Shown here piece by piece: positions 36,466 through 45,315 of a stretch of 64,000 nt of DNA. Each line of letters opens with the position of its first letter. The stretch's first letter is position 1. Made by a program: the position numbers and the translations under genes. The notes beneath the pieces were generated by a model, which worked only from the letters and a program-made list of their open reading frames with translations, did no database searches and was not told the origin of the DNA. The stretch is taken from assembly GCA_031289775.1 (NCBI GenBank), contig JAITOY010000002.1:28337-92336 (forward strand), in the 5' to 3' direction. This DNA comes from Synergistaceae bacterium. Its GTDB lineage: Bacteria > Synergistota > Synergistia > Synergistales > Synergistaceae.

Positions 36466-37372
36466 GACGATGGCGCCCGTAGATAAAGACAGCGCGGGTC
36501 TCTTTGGCCCGGATGGCTTGGCGGTGGAGAGCCGCGGTTTTTTCGCGGACAGCGTTTTGCGGCTGTGCGCGAATCGTCTCGTTATCCTCGCCGCTGTCGT
36601 TCTTGCGATCTTGGCGGCGCTGGCACTGTTCGCGCCGTTCATATCGCCTTACGACCCAATGAAGCAGACTCTGGCGGACAGCCTTCATGGGCCGGGCGCG
36701 AAGCATCTTCTCGGGACGGACGAGCTCGGGCGCGACATCCTGTCCAGAATTATTTACGGCGCGAGAATATCCCTCAGCGTCGGCCTCGTCTCACAGTTGA
36801 TAGCCTGTAGCATTGGTGTTCTGCTGGGCGCGATCGCTGGCTTTTACGGCGGTTTCGCCGACACGCTGATCTCGCGTACGATGGAGATATTCGCCGCATT
36901 CCCAGAGCTTTTGTTCGCCATAGCTATAATGTTCGTACTCGGGCCTGGGGTGATAAATGTTTTTATCGCGCTCGGGCTTTTGTCGTGGACGCACTACGCC
37001 AGGCTTGTTCGCGGGCAAGTCATGCTGCTGCGCGAGATGGAGTACGCTCAGGCGTGCCGCGTCTGCGGCGGTTCGAACGCCCGAGTGATAATCCGCCACC
37101 TTCTGCCTAACTGCTTCTCGACGATCATAGTCCTCGTCACTCTCGGCATCCCTGGCGCGATACTCACGGAGGCCTCGCTCAGCTACATCGGGCTAGGCGT
37201 ACAGCCGCCGATGGCGAGCTGGGGCCAGATGATAAGCACAGCGCAGCAATACGTCAGCTTCTACCCGTACTACAGCGTCGCACCGGGGCTCGCTATCGTC
37301 ATAACCGTGCTCGCGTTCAATATTTTCGGCGATGGGCTGCGCGACGCTCTCGACCCGCGTCTGCGCAGATAG
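36449..37372 (+). CDS. Dpp/Opp ABC permease (DppC-like)
   Basis: It has membrane spans and an EAA loop region (…YAQACRVCGGSNARVI…), which are typical of DppC. Confidence 0.8.
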   Translation: MRSRTETMAPVDKDSAGLFGPDGLAVESRGFFADSVLRLCANRLVILAAVVLAILAALALFAPFISPYDPMKQTLADSLHGPGAKHLLGTDELGRDILSRIIYGARISLSVGLVSQLIACSIGVLLGAIAGFYGGFADTLISRTMEIFAAFPELLFAIAIMFVLGPGVINVFIALGLLSWTHYARLVRGQVMLLREMEYAQACRVCGGSNARVIIRHLLPNCFSTIIVLVTLGIPGAILTEASLSYIGLGVQPPMASWGQMISTAQQYVSFYPYYSVAPGLAIVITVLAFNIFGDGLRDALDPRLRR

Positions 37373-37383
37373 CGAGACTCGTC

Positions 37384-38376
37384 TTGGGTGATTCGGGAAC
37401 GGTCGTTCTTTCGGTGAAAAACCTGCAGACGAGCTTTCCGTCAAGGAATGGCAAGGCGCGGGCAGTCGACGGCGTCAGCTTCGACGTAGGGAGAGGCGAG
37501 ACGCTCGGGATAGTGGGAGAGTCCGGCTGCGGCAAGAGCGTAACCGCGCTTTCGATAATACGCCTCGTCGGCGAACCGGGGCGCGTCGAGGGCGGCGAGA
37601 TACTTTACGGCGGCAGGGACTTGCTCGAGCTTCCGCTCGGGGAGATGCGCCGGATTCGCGGCAACAAGATCGCGATGATTTTTCAGGAGCCTATGACGTC
37701 GCTCAACCCGGTCTTGACAGTAGGCGCGCAGATTTCCGAGGCGCTGAGGCTTCACGAGGGCCTCGGGAAGCGCGAGGCGATGGCGAGGACGAGAGAGATG
37801 CTGGCGATGGTGAACTTTCCCGCGCCGGAAAAGCGGGCGAAGGAGTATCCGCATCAGTTATCCGGGGGGATGCGGCAGCGTGTGATGATAGCGATGGCGT
37901 TGTGTTGTACTCCCGACGTACTCATCTGCGATGAGCCGACTACAGCGCTCGACGTGACGATCCAGGCGCAGATAATATCGCTGATAGAGGAGCAAAAGAG
38001 CAGAACCGGCGCGGCGGTTTTGATGATAACACACGATCTTGGCCTCATTTCGGAGATGGCCGACAGGGTGATAGTCATGTACGCGGGAAAGATCGTAGAG
38101 GAGGGGACGAAGATGAATGTTCTTACGAACCCGCTTCACCCGTACACGGAGGGACTTTTGAACGCCGTGCCGCGCATAGACAGGGACAGCGGGACGCTCG
38201 ATGTGATCCCAGGCATGGTTCCGAACCTCGCCTGTCTGCCCGAGGGCTGCGCTTTCAGGCCGCGCTGTTCCAGAGCATCGGAGGCCTGCCTGATGTCGCC
38301 GCCGCGTTTCGAGACATTGGGCAGCGACAGTTCCTTTCACGGCGTGAACTGTTGGCTTGCGGAGTCCGCGTCATGA
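37384..38376 (+). CDS. Dpp/Opp ABC ATP-binding protein (DppD-like)
   Basis: Walker A GESGCGKS, LSGGMRQRVMIA, and a C-terminal oligopeptide-transporter C-domain with cysteines. Confidence 0.8.
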   Translation: MGDSGTVVLSVKNLQTSFPSRNGKARAVDGVSFDVGRGETLGIVGESGCGKSVTALSIIRLVGEPGRVEGGEILYGGRDLLELPLGEMRRIRGNKIAMIFQEPMTSLNPVLTVGAQISEALRLHEGLGKREAMARTREMLAMVNFPAPEKRAKEYPHQLSGGMRQRVMIAMALCCTPDVLICDEPTTALDVTIQAQIISLIEEQKSRTGAAVLMITHDLGLISEMADRVIVMYAGKIVEEGTKMNVLTNPLHPYTEGLLNAVPRIDRDSGTLDVIPGMVPNLACLPEGCAFRPRCSRASEACLMSPPRFETLGSDSSFHGVNCWLAESAS

Positions 38377-39434
38377 GTTCGAAGTTCGCGGATTCCGCGA
38401 TTTTCAGGAGAAACGTGCCTGAGGAGAAAATCCCGATAGAGGACATGGCGTTCATAGTGGAGGGGAATTCGGCGCCTCTGCTTGAGGTGAAGGATCTGAA
38501 AAAATGGTTCCGAGTCTCGAAAGGCGCGTTTTCTAGCGGCGGCGCCGTGCGAGCGCTTGACGGCGTCGACCTCGACGTGCGGGTGGGCGAGACGGTCGCG
38601 TTGGTGGGGGAGTCCGGATGCGGAAAGTCGACGCTGGGCCGCGCGATTGTCCGGCTGCTCGTTCCGACGTCCGGCAGCGTCCGTTTCGAGGGGGAGAACC
38701 TCGCGAGCTTGAGAAGCGAGACGCTGCAAAAAAAACGCCGCGACATGCAGTTTATCTTTCAGGATCCGTACGCGTCCCTTGACCCTCGGATGACCATAGG
38801 GGACGTGATAGCCGAGCCGCTCGATATCCACAGGATATGTGCATCCCGGGCGGAACGCTCGTCGCGGGTGGGCGAGATAATGGAGACTGTGGGCCTCAAC
38901 CCGTCGTACGCGTCCCGATACGCCCACGAGCTTTCTGGCGGCCAGCGCCAGAGGATAGGCATAGCGCGCGCCATAGCGCTTCACCCAAAACTAGTGATCT
39001 GCGACGAACCAGTCTCGGCCCTCGACGTATCCATACAGGCCCAGATCATCAATCTGTTGAAGGATCTCCAGACGCGCTTTGGGATGGCGTATATTTTCAT
39101 ATCGCACGACCTCAACGTCGTTCGGCACATAGCGGATCGCGTATGTGTCATGTATCTGGGAAAGTTCGTTGAGACTGCCGACAAGCGCGACATCTTCGGT
39201 TCTCCGCGCCACCCGTACACGCAGGCGCTCCTTTCGGCCATACCTGTCTCGAACCCGAGGGTGAAGCGCGAAAAAATAGTGCTGAAAGGGGATATACCGA
39301 GTCCGGCGAACCCTCCGTCAGGCTGCCGTTTTCACACGAGATGCCCGGCGGCAACGGAAGTCTGCCGACAGGTATCCCCGGAACTGAAGGAGGTAGCTCC
39401 AGGGCATCGATGCGCCTGTTCGCGGATGATGTGA
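38352..39434 (+). CDS. Dpp/Opp ABC ATP-binding protein (DppF-like)
   Basis: Walker A GESGCGKST, LSGGQRQRIGIARA and a C-terminal Cys motif CRFHTRCP. The true start is probably ATG 38373 (MSSKFADS…). Confidence 0.8.
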   Translation: MACGVRVMSSKFADSAIFRRNVPEEKIPIEDMAFIVEGNSAPLLEVKDLKKWFRVSKGAFSSGGAVRALDGVDLDVRVGETVALVGESGCGKSTLGRAIVRLLVPTSGSVRFEGENLASLRSETLQKKRRDMQFIFQDPYASLDPRMTIGDVIAEPLDIHRICASRAERSSRVGEIMETVGLNPSYASRYAHELSGGQRQRIGIARAIALHPKLVICDEPVSALDVSIQAQIINLLKDLQTRFGMAYIFISHDLNVVRHIADRVCVMYLGKFVETADKRDIFGSPRHPYTQALLSAIPVSNPRVKREKIVLKGDIPSPANPPSGCRFHTRCPAATEVCRQVSPELKEVAPGHRCACSRMM

Positions 39435-39608
39435 AGCGCCTCGCTCTGTCGCATGTTCCAAATCATTCACTTTCACGACGCCTGAATGGATATTGTGTAT
39501 GAAGGGCGCTCTTCGACCGCTTTCTTAAACTTTATTTATAGGCTTCGCCGCAACGACCTTCGATGAAAATTTCATAAAATACTGATAAATTATCGGCTAA
39601 ATTACTGG

Positions 39609-39637
39609 TTGACAGCAAAACCGACGAAGCGTAATAT
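39609..39637 (+). promoter_or_regulatory. Near-consensus sigma-70-type promoter (TTGACA, 17 nt, TAATAT) with no ORF downstream
   Basis: ttGACAgcaaaaccgacgaagcgTAATATgatggc has a perfect -35 hexamer and an exact 17-nt spacer. The -10 matches TATAAT at 5 of 6 positions. Confidence 0.4.
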
Positions 39638-39643
39638 GATGGC

Positions 39644-39816
39644 GCAGTAAACGAGAACATTTGCCACATTTTGAGGTTCCGGTGAAGCTGGCAAGACATA
39701 ATTACGCCACAGGCAGGTCTATTGATAGAGCCTGAAATCCCATCATAAATCCGCACAAATATCCACGTACCAAGTTCCTTTCTCGGAGGCCCCGATGAGT
39801 CGGGGTCTCTGATTTT
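39644..39816 (+). ncRNA. Candidate small RNA (~170 nt) between the promoter at 39609-39637 and the terminator at 39786-39816
   Basis: A strong promoter and a strong terminator bracket ~170 nt with no ORF above ~17 codons. I did not recognise the family. Confidence 0.3.
39786..39816 (+). terminator. Rho-independent terminator (10-bp stem, GNRA-like tetraloop, U-tract)
   Basis: gaggccccga-tgag-tcggggtctc forms a 10-bp stem with one G·U pair, followed by tgaTTTTgg. Confidence 0.45.
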
Positions 39817-39911
39817 GGCGCCCCAGGCATGAGCCCGGCCCGCCGCCCATGCGCGCCAACGAATCAGCCCGACGGCCAAGGACGGCGGCTGTCGCACTCT
39901 TTCTGAAACTT

Positions 39912-40985
39912 TTACCGGAGGATGATTATCATGTCCCGCGTGAACTTGTTGAGCGGCTCCGCTGTCCCGTCATCCCGTACTGCGACTAAGTTTTCGATTC
40001 TGACGCCGAATTTCCCCTCCAAGTAAATCCCGGGCTCCACGCTGAAGACGTTGCCGGGCTGTAACGGGATGTCGTTGCCCTCGATTATGTACGGCGATTC
40101 ATGTATCGCGATCCCGACCCCGTGGCCGACCCTGTTGATGAAATGGGCCCCGTACCCGGCGCTGTTTATGACGGCCCGCGCGGCCCTGTCGACATCCTGA
40201 CCGGTTGCGCCTGGGCGGACGGCGGCTTCGCCCGCCTTCTGCGCCTCGAGGACGATGTCGTATACTTTTCGCTGTTCGTCGTCCGGCTCGCCAATGCAGA
40301 ACGTCCGCGTCATGTCGGAGCAGTAGCCGCGGTACTTGCATCCCATGTCGACGACAAGGAAATCCCCGGGTCGAAGCCTGCGATCGTTTCTGGAGTAGTG
40401 GGGCATAGATCCGCCGGGCCCGGACGCGGCGATCGGGCTGAAGGAGAGCTTCGGAGCGCCGCGTTCGGCGCAGAGACGCGCTATTTCGTCCTGCACCTCC
40501 TTTTCGGAGACGCCGGCTCGGATGAAACGAGATAGCTCGTCCATCACTTCGTCCGCGATGCCGCCGGCCCGCCTGAGATAATCCAACTCCGTCGAGTCCT
40601 TCACCATACGGAACGGCGCAAGGGCGTCGCTCCCGTTCGCCCATTCGAAATCGAGGACGGCCCTCATATCAATCAAGTCTACGGCGCGTACCCCGTCGTT
40701 GAAGGCGATTACGCTCCTTTTGCCATTTTTGTCAGAGCCCAGCCCCATTTCAGAGCATCCTGCGGCAAACGCGCCGGCAAACCCCTCGTGGTCGGCCCAC
40801 TCTTTGTAGATAACGTCGGGGCCAAGAGCGGCGCGCATCTCCTCGCGGTAAATGAGCGGGGTCATAGCGAAAAGTCCGCCGGTTGTCACCATAAGCCCCT
40901 TCACTCGCTCATCCTGAAAGAGCCTCAGCTCGGCCAGATATTCCATGTCCGTAGATGGGCCAAAATAAATGGCGTCCACTTCCAT
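39912..40985 (-). CDS. M24 family Xaa-Pro dipeptidase / aminopeptidase (PepQ/PepP-like)
   Basis: The creatinase N-domain is followed by the M24 pita-bread fold. Metal ligands lie in …DFLVVDMGCKYRGYCSDMTRTF…HGVGIAIHE…EPGIY…ENLV. Confidence 0.8.
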   Translation of the reverse strand: MEVDAIYFGPSTDMEYLAELRLFQDERVKGLMVTTGGLFAMTPLIYREEMRAALGPDVIYKEWADHEGFAGAFAAGCSEMGLGSDKNGKRSVIAFNDGVRAVDLIDMRAVLDFEWANGSDALAPFRMVKDSTELDYLRRAGGIADEVMDELSRFIRAGVSEKEVQDEIARLCAERGAPKLSFSPIAASGPGGSMPHYSRNDRRLRPGDFLVVDMGCKYRGYCSDMTRTFCIGEPDDEQRKVYDIVLEAQKAGEAAVRPGATGQDVDRAARAVINSAGYGAHFINRVGHGVGIAIHESPYIIEGNDIPLQPGNVFSVEPGIYLEGKFGVRIENLVAVRDDGTAEPLNKFTRDMIIILR

Positions 40986-41290
40986 TGAAACGAGATGCCG
41001 TTTTAGTTTATTAACCCTATCAGTGTTAAGAATGATAACGCCCCCTTATATGATATACTATAAATAAATTATAGGATATTAATGACGAAAACTTCGTTGA
41101 ATTCTGCTAAATCACGCGTAATTTCTTGTTTATCGAAACACACTAAGCAATTAGTATTACCAAAATTAGCATAAATCAAGTATTTATGGAAATTATTTTA
41201 TATTTATTGCGCCTTTCCCCTTCCCAATTTCAATATTCGTTGATATCATCAAATTACGGGGATAATTTATTTTACTCGAGGTGATCTCAC

Positions 41291-41956
41291 ATGAAACCTA
41301 TTCATTTGTTAATAGTCGAATCAGATCCGCTAGTCCTATTCTCCATCAGCCAGGTAATCAGGTATTTTGACAATTATCTGGTGGTGGATAAAGTGGACAA
41401 CGCCGAAGATGCCCTCGAGAGAATGAGGGTCGTGCCTGTAGACCTCATTATATTGGGGGGGCAGGAGAACATTGGCAAGTGGCACATTTTTGTCGAGTCT
41501 GGGCTCAAAACCAAGCTCCTGATGCTGGTGACAAATCCAGCGAAGGAGATGGTTCAGGACGCGATATCCTATGGGGTATGGGATATGGTCATCAGGCCCA
41601 TATCCACGGAGAGGCTGAGGTTCTCCCTCGAAATGTTCAGGTATCGCCATATATACGGCGAGTCGCTTGAGTATCCGGTACAGCAGGAGAGGCTCGACTC
41701 TATATTTTTCCCGCGCGAGCGTCATCAGCACATCATCGCTGGAACGATAAAAAACAGCGAGATGCTTGAAAAAGTCCTGCAGCTTATCGAAAACGGCGAC
41801 GAACCGCAGTCGGCGGGCGAGATAGCCGGCGTACTGAGCGTGTCGAGGATAACAGTCCGCAAATACTGCGAGGCACTCGTAAACACTGGCAAACTCCACG
41901 TGAAGAACAAATACCAGGCGAAGGGACGGCCGATAAAACAGTACTATATGGCCTGA
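41291..41956 (+). CDS. CitB/DcuR-family response regulator (REC plus C-terminal HTH) with no cognate kinase nearby
   Basis: The REC-like N-terminus is LLIVESDPL…VDLIILGG. The C-terminal …ISRITVRKYCEALVNTGKLHV…KGRPIKQYY matches the DcuR/CitB HTH tail. Confidence 0.55.
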   Translation: MKPIHLLIVESDPLVLFSISQVIRYFDNYLVVDKVDNAEDALERMRVVPVDLIILGGQENIGKWHIFVESGLKTKLLMLVTNPAKEMVQDAISYGVWDMVIRPISTERLRFSLEMFRYRHIYGESLEYPVQQERLDSIFFPRERHQHIIAGTIKNSEMLEKVLQLIENGDEPQSAGEIAGVLSVSRITVRKYCEALVNTGKLHVKNKYQAKGRPIKQYYMA

Positions 41957-41960
41957 TCGG

Positions 41961-43205
41961 TTACGCAAGGCCAGTCGCAAGCAGAAGCCTCTCAATCGAG
42001 ACAGAGCCGCCCCATTCGCCGGGATATTCGTGCGACCCGTCACGGTCTCGGAACGACAGACGCCGTTCCGAGACGTGAGCGGCGCCTGTTCTTATCTCAC
42101 CGGATTCTCGAAAGCTCGCCGATTCGAAAGCCCCTCCACAGGGGCAGGGAGTTCCGGGGGCGCAGGCGGCTATGTCGGCCATGGGAGGGTCGAAGTCCCT
42201 TCCGTGACAGCAGCCGGTTCTGTGGAAGCCGGGACGGTTGGCGCCGGCCACGATGTTTTTGGCGCCGGCCACGCTGTTGTCGCACACGGCGATCACATTA
42301 TCTGGAAGGCCAACGGGGCCGCAGTAACCGGCAACATCCCCGACAAGCTCGTAAAGCTCCGGTTTCTCGGCGATCCTGAGGCCGCCTAGTCCAAAAGTCG
42401 CATTCAAGTAACGCGCCAGTTTGTTCATGCTGACGTTGAAGTCGCCCCTGACAAAGGAGGCAACAGCGCGTCGCGCCGATGGCTTCCCGGCCTCGGGTTT
42501 TTCCATGGCAACGTACAGCATCGCCTTCACTGTGCGCTCAACTCGTATATCCAATAGCGAACAGAGCGCGGCGATAGTGTTCGCGCCAGGCGTTTCGATA
42601 TCGCTCATACTCTCCTCCGGCTCTTTCACGCCCGGCTGGCGTACGGGAAAGTCAATCGGCGAGTCCGGCAGGAGCAATTTACCGCAGGCCGTGCAGACAA
42701 AACCTAGCCTCGCGTCGATTGTGCCTGGGCCAGACTGACAAAGCAGCGAAAAAAAACGGCTGTCCTCAGAGCGGATCTCCTCGACGAAATTGAAGTTCAC
42801 GCGACTTTCGCGAAGCACAGAGATTATTGCGGACATAGCCAACTCGGCAGCGCTAAACGCGAGATATTCATCCTCTCGCCAGCCCAAAAGCCGGAGCTCC
42901 CTGTGCCTTGTGTCGCAATACGAGAGAGCCTGATCCTTCCACTCCCTCACGTACCTCTCCGCAAGCGAGAAGATCGCTTCGTCGCTTCCGCAGTCGACCG
43001 ATTGCAGCCCGCTATCTTGAAAAAGCGCGCGTTCGATATTTTCGCAAAGCGCGCGAGCCGCGGCGAGGCCGGTTGGCAGAAGCAGAAGCTCGCCGGATTT
43101 AGCGTTGTAAGCGGCCGCTCCGGCCTTGACGAGGGCTATTACGCCGTCGTCCTTCTGCTTCGCCGGCGCGTTTTGCGTCGCCGGTTTGAATATCTCTCGT
43201 TTCAT
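41961..43205 (-). CDS. Prolyl-tRNA-synthetase-like paralog: class II catalytic core with degenerate motifs and an INS editing domain, but no anticodon-binding domain
   Basis: It follows bacterial ProRS from the N-terminus (…ALVKAGAAAYNAKSGELLLLPTGLAAARALCENIERAL… versus L.RAG.i.....GlY.wLPtG.rv..kv.n.ire). The INS domain follows (DIETPGANTIAALCSLLDIRVERTVKAMLYV…FVRGD…AGANRPG). It terminates right after a motif-3-like segment (GEWGGSVSIERLLLATGLA). The motif 2 and 3 consensus residues are degenerate. There is a 4-nt start/stop overlap with hisC. Confidence 0.5.
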   Translation of the reverse strand: MKREIFKPATQNAPAKQKDDGVIALVKAGAAAYNAKSGELLLLPTGLAAARALCENIERALFQDSGLQSVDCGSDEAIFSLAERYVREWKDQALSYCDTRHRELRLLGWREDEYLAFSAAELAMSAIISVLRESRVNFNFVEEIRSEDSRFFSLLCQSGPGTIDARLGFVCTACGKLLLPDSPIDFPVRQPGVKEPEESMSDIETPGANTIAALCSLLDIRVERTVKAMLYVAMEKPEAGKPSARRAVASFVRGDFNVSMNKLARYLNATFGLGGLRIAEKPELYELVGDVAGYCGPVGLPDNVIAVCDNSVAGAKNIVAGANRPGFHRTGCCHGRDFDPPMADIAACAPGTPCPCGGAFESASFRESGEIRTGAAHVSERRLSFRDRDGSHEYPGEWGGSVSIERLLLATGLA

Positions 43206-44368
43206 TTCCCAAATATTCCCGCAGAGATTATCTCCTTCAACGCCGCGATAAGTTTCTCGTTCTCCTCCGTCGTCCCTATCGAAAACCTCAGCCCGCTGGG
43301 AGCTTTATCATGCTTGAGGGCGCGGACAAGTATTCCGCGTTTGGCAAGTTCATTCGCTGCTTTTACGTGCTCCTCGTAAGGTTTGTCGTAAAACGCGAAA
43401 ACAAAGTTCGCCTTAGATGGGACGTACGTTATGCCGGAGTCCTTGAGGAAGTCCTCAAGGCGCTCCCTGCCGGCGATTATTATCCCGCGCGCGTTATCCT
43501 TGAACAGTTTAACGGACTCGTCCGTGAGGTCGATCAGCGCAGATTCCTGCGCGATGGAGTTCACTGTGTACGGCGGCCTTACCCTGTAGATGTACGAGAG
43601 CATGCTCGGCCGCGCTATGATATAACCAGCCCGAAGGCCGGCAAGGCCGGAGAGTTTCGAGAACGTCCGTAAAACCGCGAGATTCGTGAAACCATTCATG
43701 TATTTTATCGCGTTTACGGAGTCGCCAGCCGGTCTGTCGAAGTCGACGTAAGCGTGGTCGACTAACAGAATAGGCTGTGCCGGCATGTGCGCTAGTTTTT
43801 CGAGGAACGAGTCGAACTCGTTCCTCTTTATCGTAGTCCCCGTCGGGTTGTTCGGGCTGCACAGAAAAATTATCTTTGTATTGCTTTTTATAGCGTCGGC
43901 TGTCGCGTCGAGGTCAATGGACATGTCGGGCCTCATCGGTATTATTATAGGCGACGCGCCCATCATCCGGGAGGCGTTCGTATACGCCGAAAATGTGGCG
44001 GCCGGTATTATGACGCTGTCGTTTGGGCTCAAAAACGAGAGAGCGATCATGTTTATCACGTCGTCGAGCCCGTTTCCCAGAAGGAACCAGTCCGGCGGGA
44101 AGCGGTATTTTTCGGACAAGGCCTCTCGTATTCTTGTGCAGGTGATGTCCGGGTATCTGTGCAGCCTCGCGTCCCCCATCATGCGGGATTTGAGCGCTTC
44201 GATCACGGCGGGTGGCGCACCGAATCCATTTTCGTTCGCCGATATTCGCACAGTTTCAGCGTCCTCGTGAACCATTCCAGGGGAGTATGGTTCCAGCGCG
44301 AGTATATGCGACCTCGCTAACCTCTTGAAATAGAAGTCCGTAGTATCCCTCTTGGCGTTTTTTTTCAT
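43202..44368 (-). CDS. hisC: Histidinol-phosphate aminotransferase (class II aminotransferase)
   Basis: …ISANENGFGAPP…NPNNPTG (SPNNPTGT)…TFSKLSGLAGLRAGY… carries the HisC-type PLP lysine motif. The start is taken at ATG 44368, overlapping the HAD stop (ATGA). The ORF-track start is 44398. Confidence 0.7.
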   Translation of the reverse strand: MKKNAKRDTTDFYFKRLARSHILALEPYSPGMVHEDAETVRISANENGFGAPPAVIEALKSRMMGDARLHRYPDITCTRIREALSEKYRFPPDWFLLGNGLDDVINMIALSFLSPNDSVIIPAATFSAYTNASRMMGASPIIIPMRPDMSIDLDATADAIKSNTKIIFLCSPNNPTGTTIKRNEFDSFLEKLAHMPAQPILLVDHAYVDFDRPAGDSVNAIKYMNGFTNLAVLRTFSKLSGLAGLRAGYIIARPSMLSYIYRVRPPYTVNSIAQESALIDLTDESVKLFKDNARGIIIAGRERLEDFLKDSGITYVPSKANFVFAFYDKPYEEHVKAANELAKRGILVRALKHDKAPSGLRFSIGTTEENEKLIAALKEIISAGIFGK

Positions 44369-45225
44369 GACTTTTCTCTCCTCCATCCGAGAATACAAAA
44401 AAGCGCATCCTCAACGTTCGCGAAGTTAGGCTTGTCGTCTCGCAGTATATCCCCAATGGCCACAAAATGTCCCTTTCCGAAGGCCTCCCACGCTTTCCTG
44501 TCGCTCGCGGTGTCGCCAAAAAACATTGGCCGCTCGTGACCAAAAGCGTCGCACAGCGAAAAAAGACCTCGCGGGGACGGCTTGCGGATGCCGCTGTCGA
44601 AACCGATGACTCGTTCGTCGGGGAAGTCCTCCCATGAGAGTATCTCCTTGGCGAGGCCCCATTCGGCGCCGTTGCGCCCCGTGTATATGTAGGCAGGAAG
44701 CGGAAGAGATCTCCAGTGGGAGCGGAGAAGCGGCGTCTCTATAGCGTACATTCCCTTTTGTTCCTCCAGGCCGAAGTACGTTCTAACGCACATCTCACGA
44801 ACATGTTCGCGTCCGAACCTCTCGGGGAAAGCCGACCGCATCCACTCTACGCAGTCGCCGGCGCAGCGCGAGATAATGTCCCCCAACTCCTCGGGTGACA
44901 GCGGGAATTCGGGCGATCTTTTGCCGTTTTCGCCGCGTCGGTTCGTCCCGGATCGAAACGCCATTATGTTGAGAAGAGACCACGCTATGTCATAGTCGTC
45001 GTTAAAAGAGCCGTGGCGTTTGAAGACATAGTTCAGTTCCGCCGAGTAGCCTGGCGATTCCGCGACAAAACCAGCGCCGTGCCATAAATCCTCAACGACA
45101 GCCCGAATCATCTCCGGGAATGATTTATCGGCCTCGATAAGGACGCCGTCAACGTCGAAGATCAGGCAATCCGGCGAAAAATCGCTGTCATTCCCAAACT
45201 CGACGCCGCCAGGGGGAAAAACCAT
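44365..45225 (-). CDS. HAD-superfamily hydrolase, a candidate histidinol-phosphatase
   Basis: HAD motif I is CLIFDVDGVLIE. A second Asp-containing motif is FFGDTASDRKAWEAFG. It lies immediately upstream of hisC on the same strand. Confidence 0.6.
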   Translation of the reverse strand: MVFPPGGVEFGNDSDFSPDCLIFDVDGVLIEADKSFPEMIRAVVEDLWHGAGFVAESPGYSAELNYVFKRHGSFNDDYDIAWSLLNIMAFRSGTNRRGENGKRSPEFPLSPEELGDIISRCAGDCVEWMRSAFPERFGREHVREMCVRTYFGLEEQKGMYAIETPLLRSHWRSLPLPAYIYTGRNGAEWGLAKEILSWEDFPDERVIGFDSGIRKPSPRGLFSLCDAFGHERPMFFGDTASDRKAWEAFGKGHFVAIGDILRDDKPNFANVEDALFCILGWRREKS

Positions 45226-45315
45226 TTTACCACCTCCATGTCACAAATCGGGATTCATGATATCATCAAAAAGAAGCGCTTGCGACATATTTTTTTCGAA
45301 GGGAGCCTCAGACTT

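Noticed and set aside
39532-39897. 121-aa minus-strand ORF across the sRNA-candidate region
   Set aside because: It has no RBS and a Trp/Ala/Arg-rich low-complexity translation. It spans a promoter/terminator unit on the other strand.
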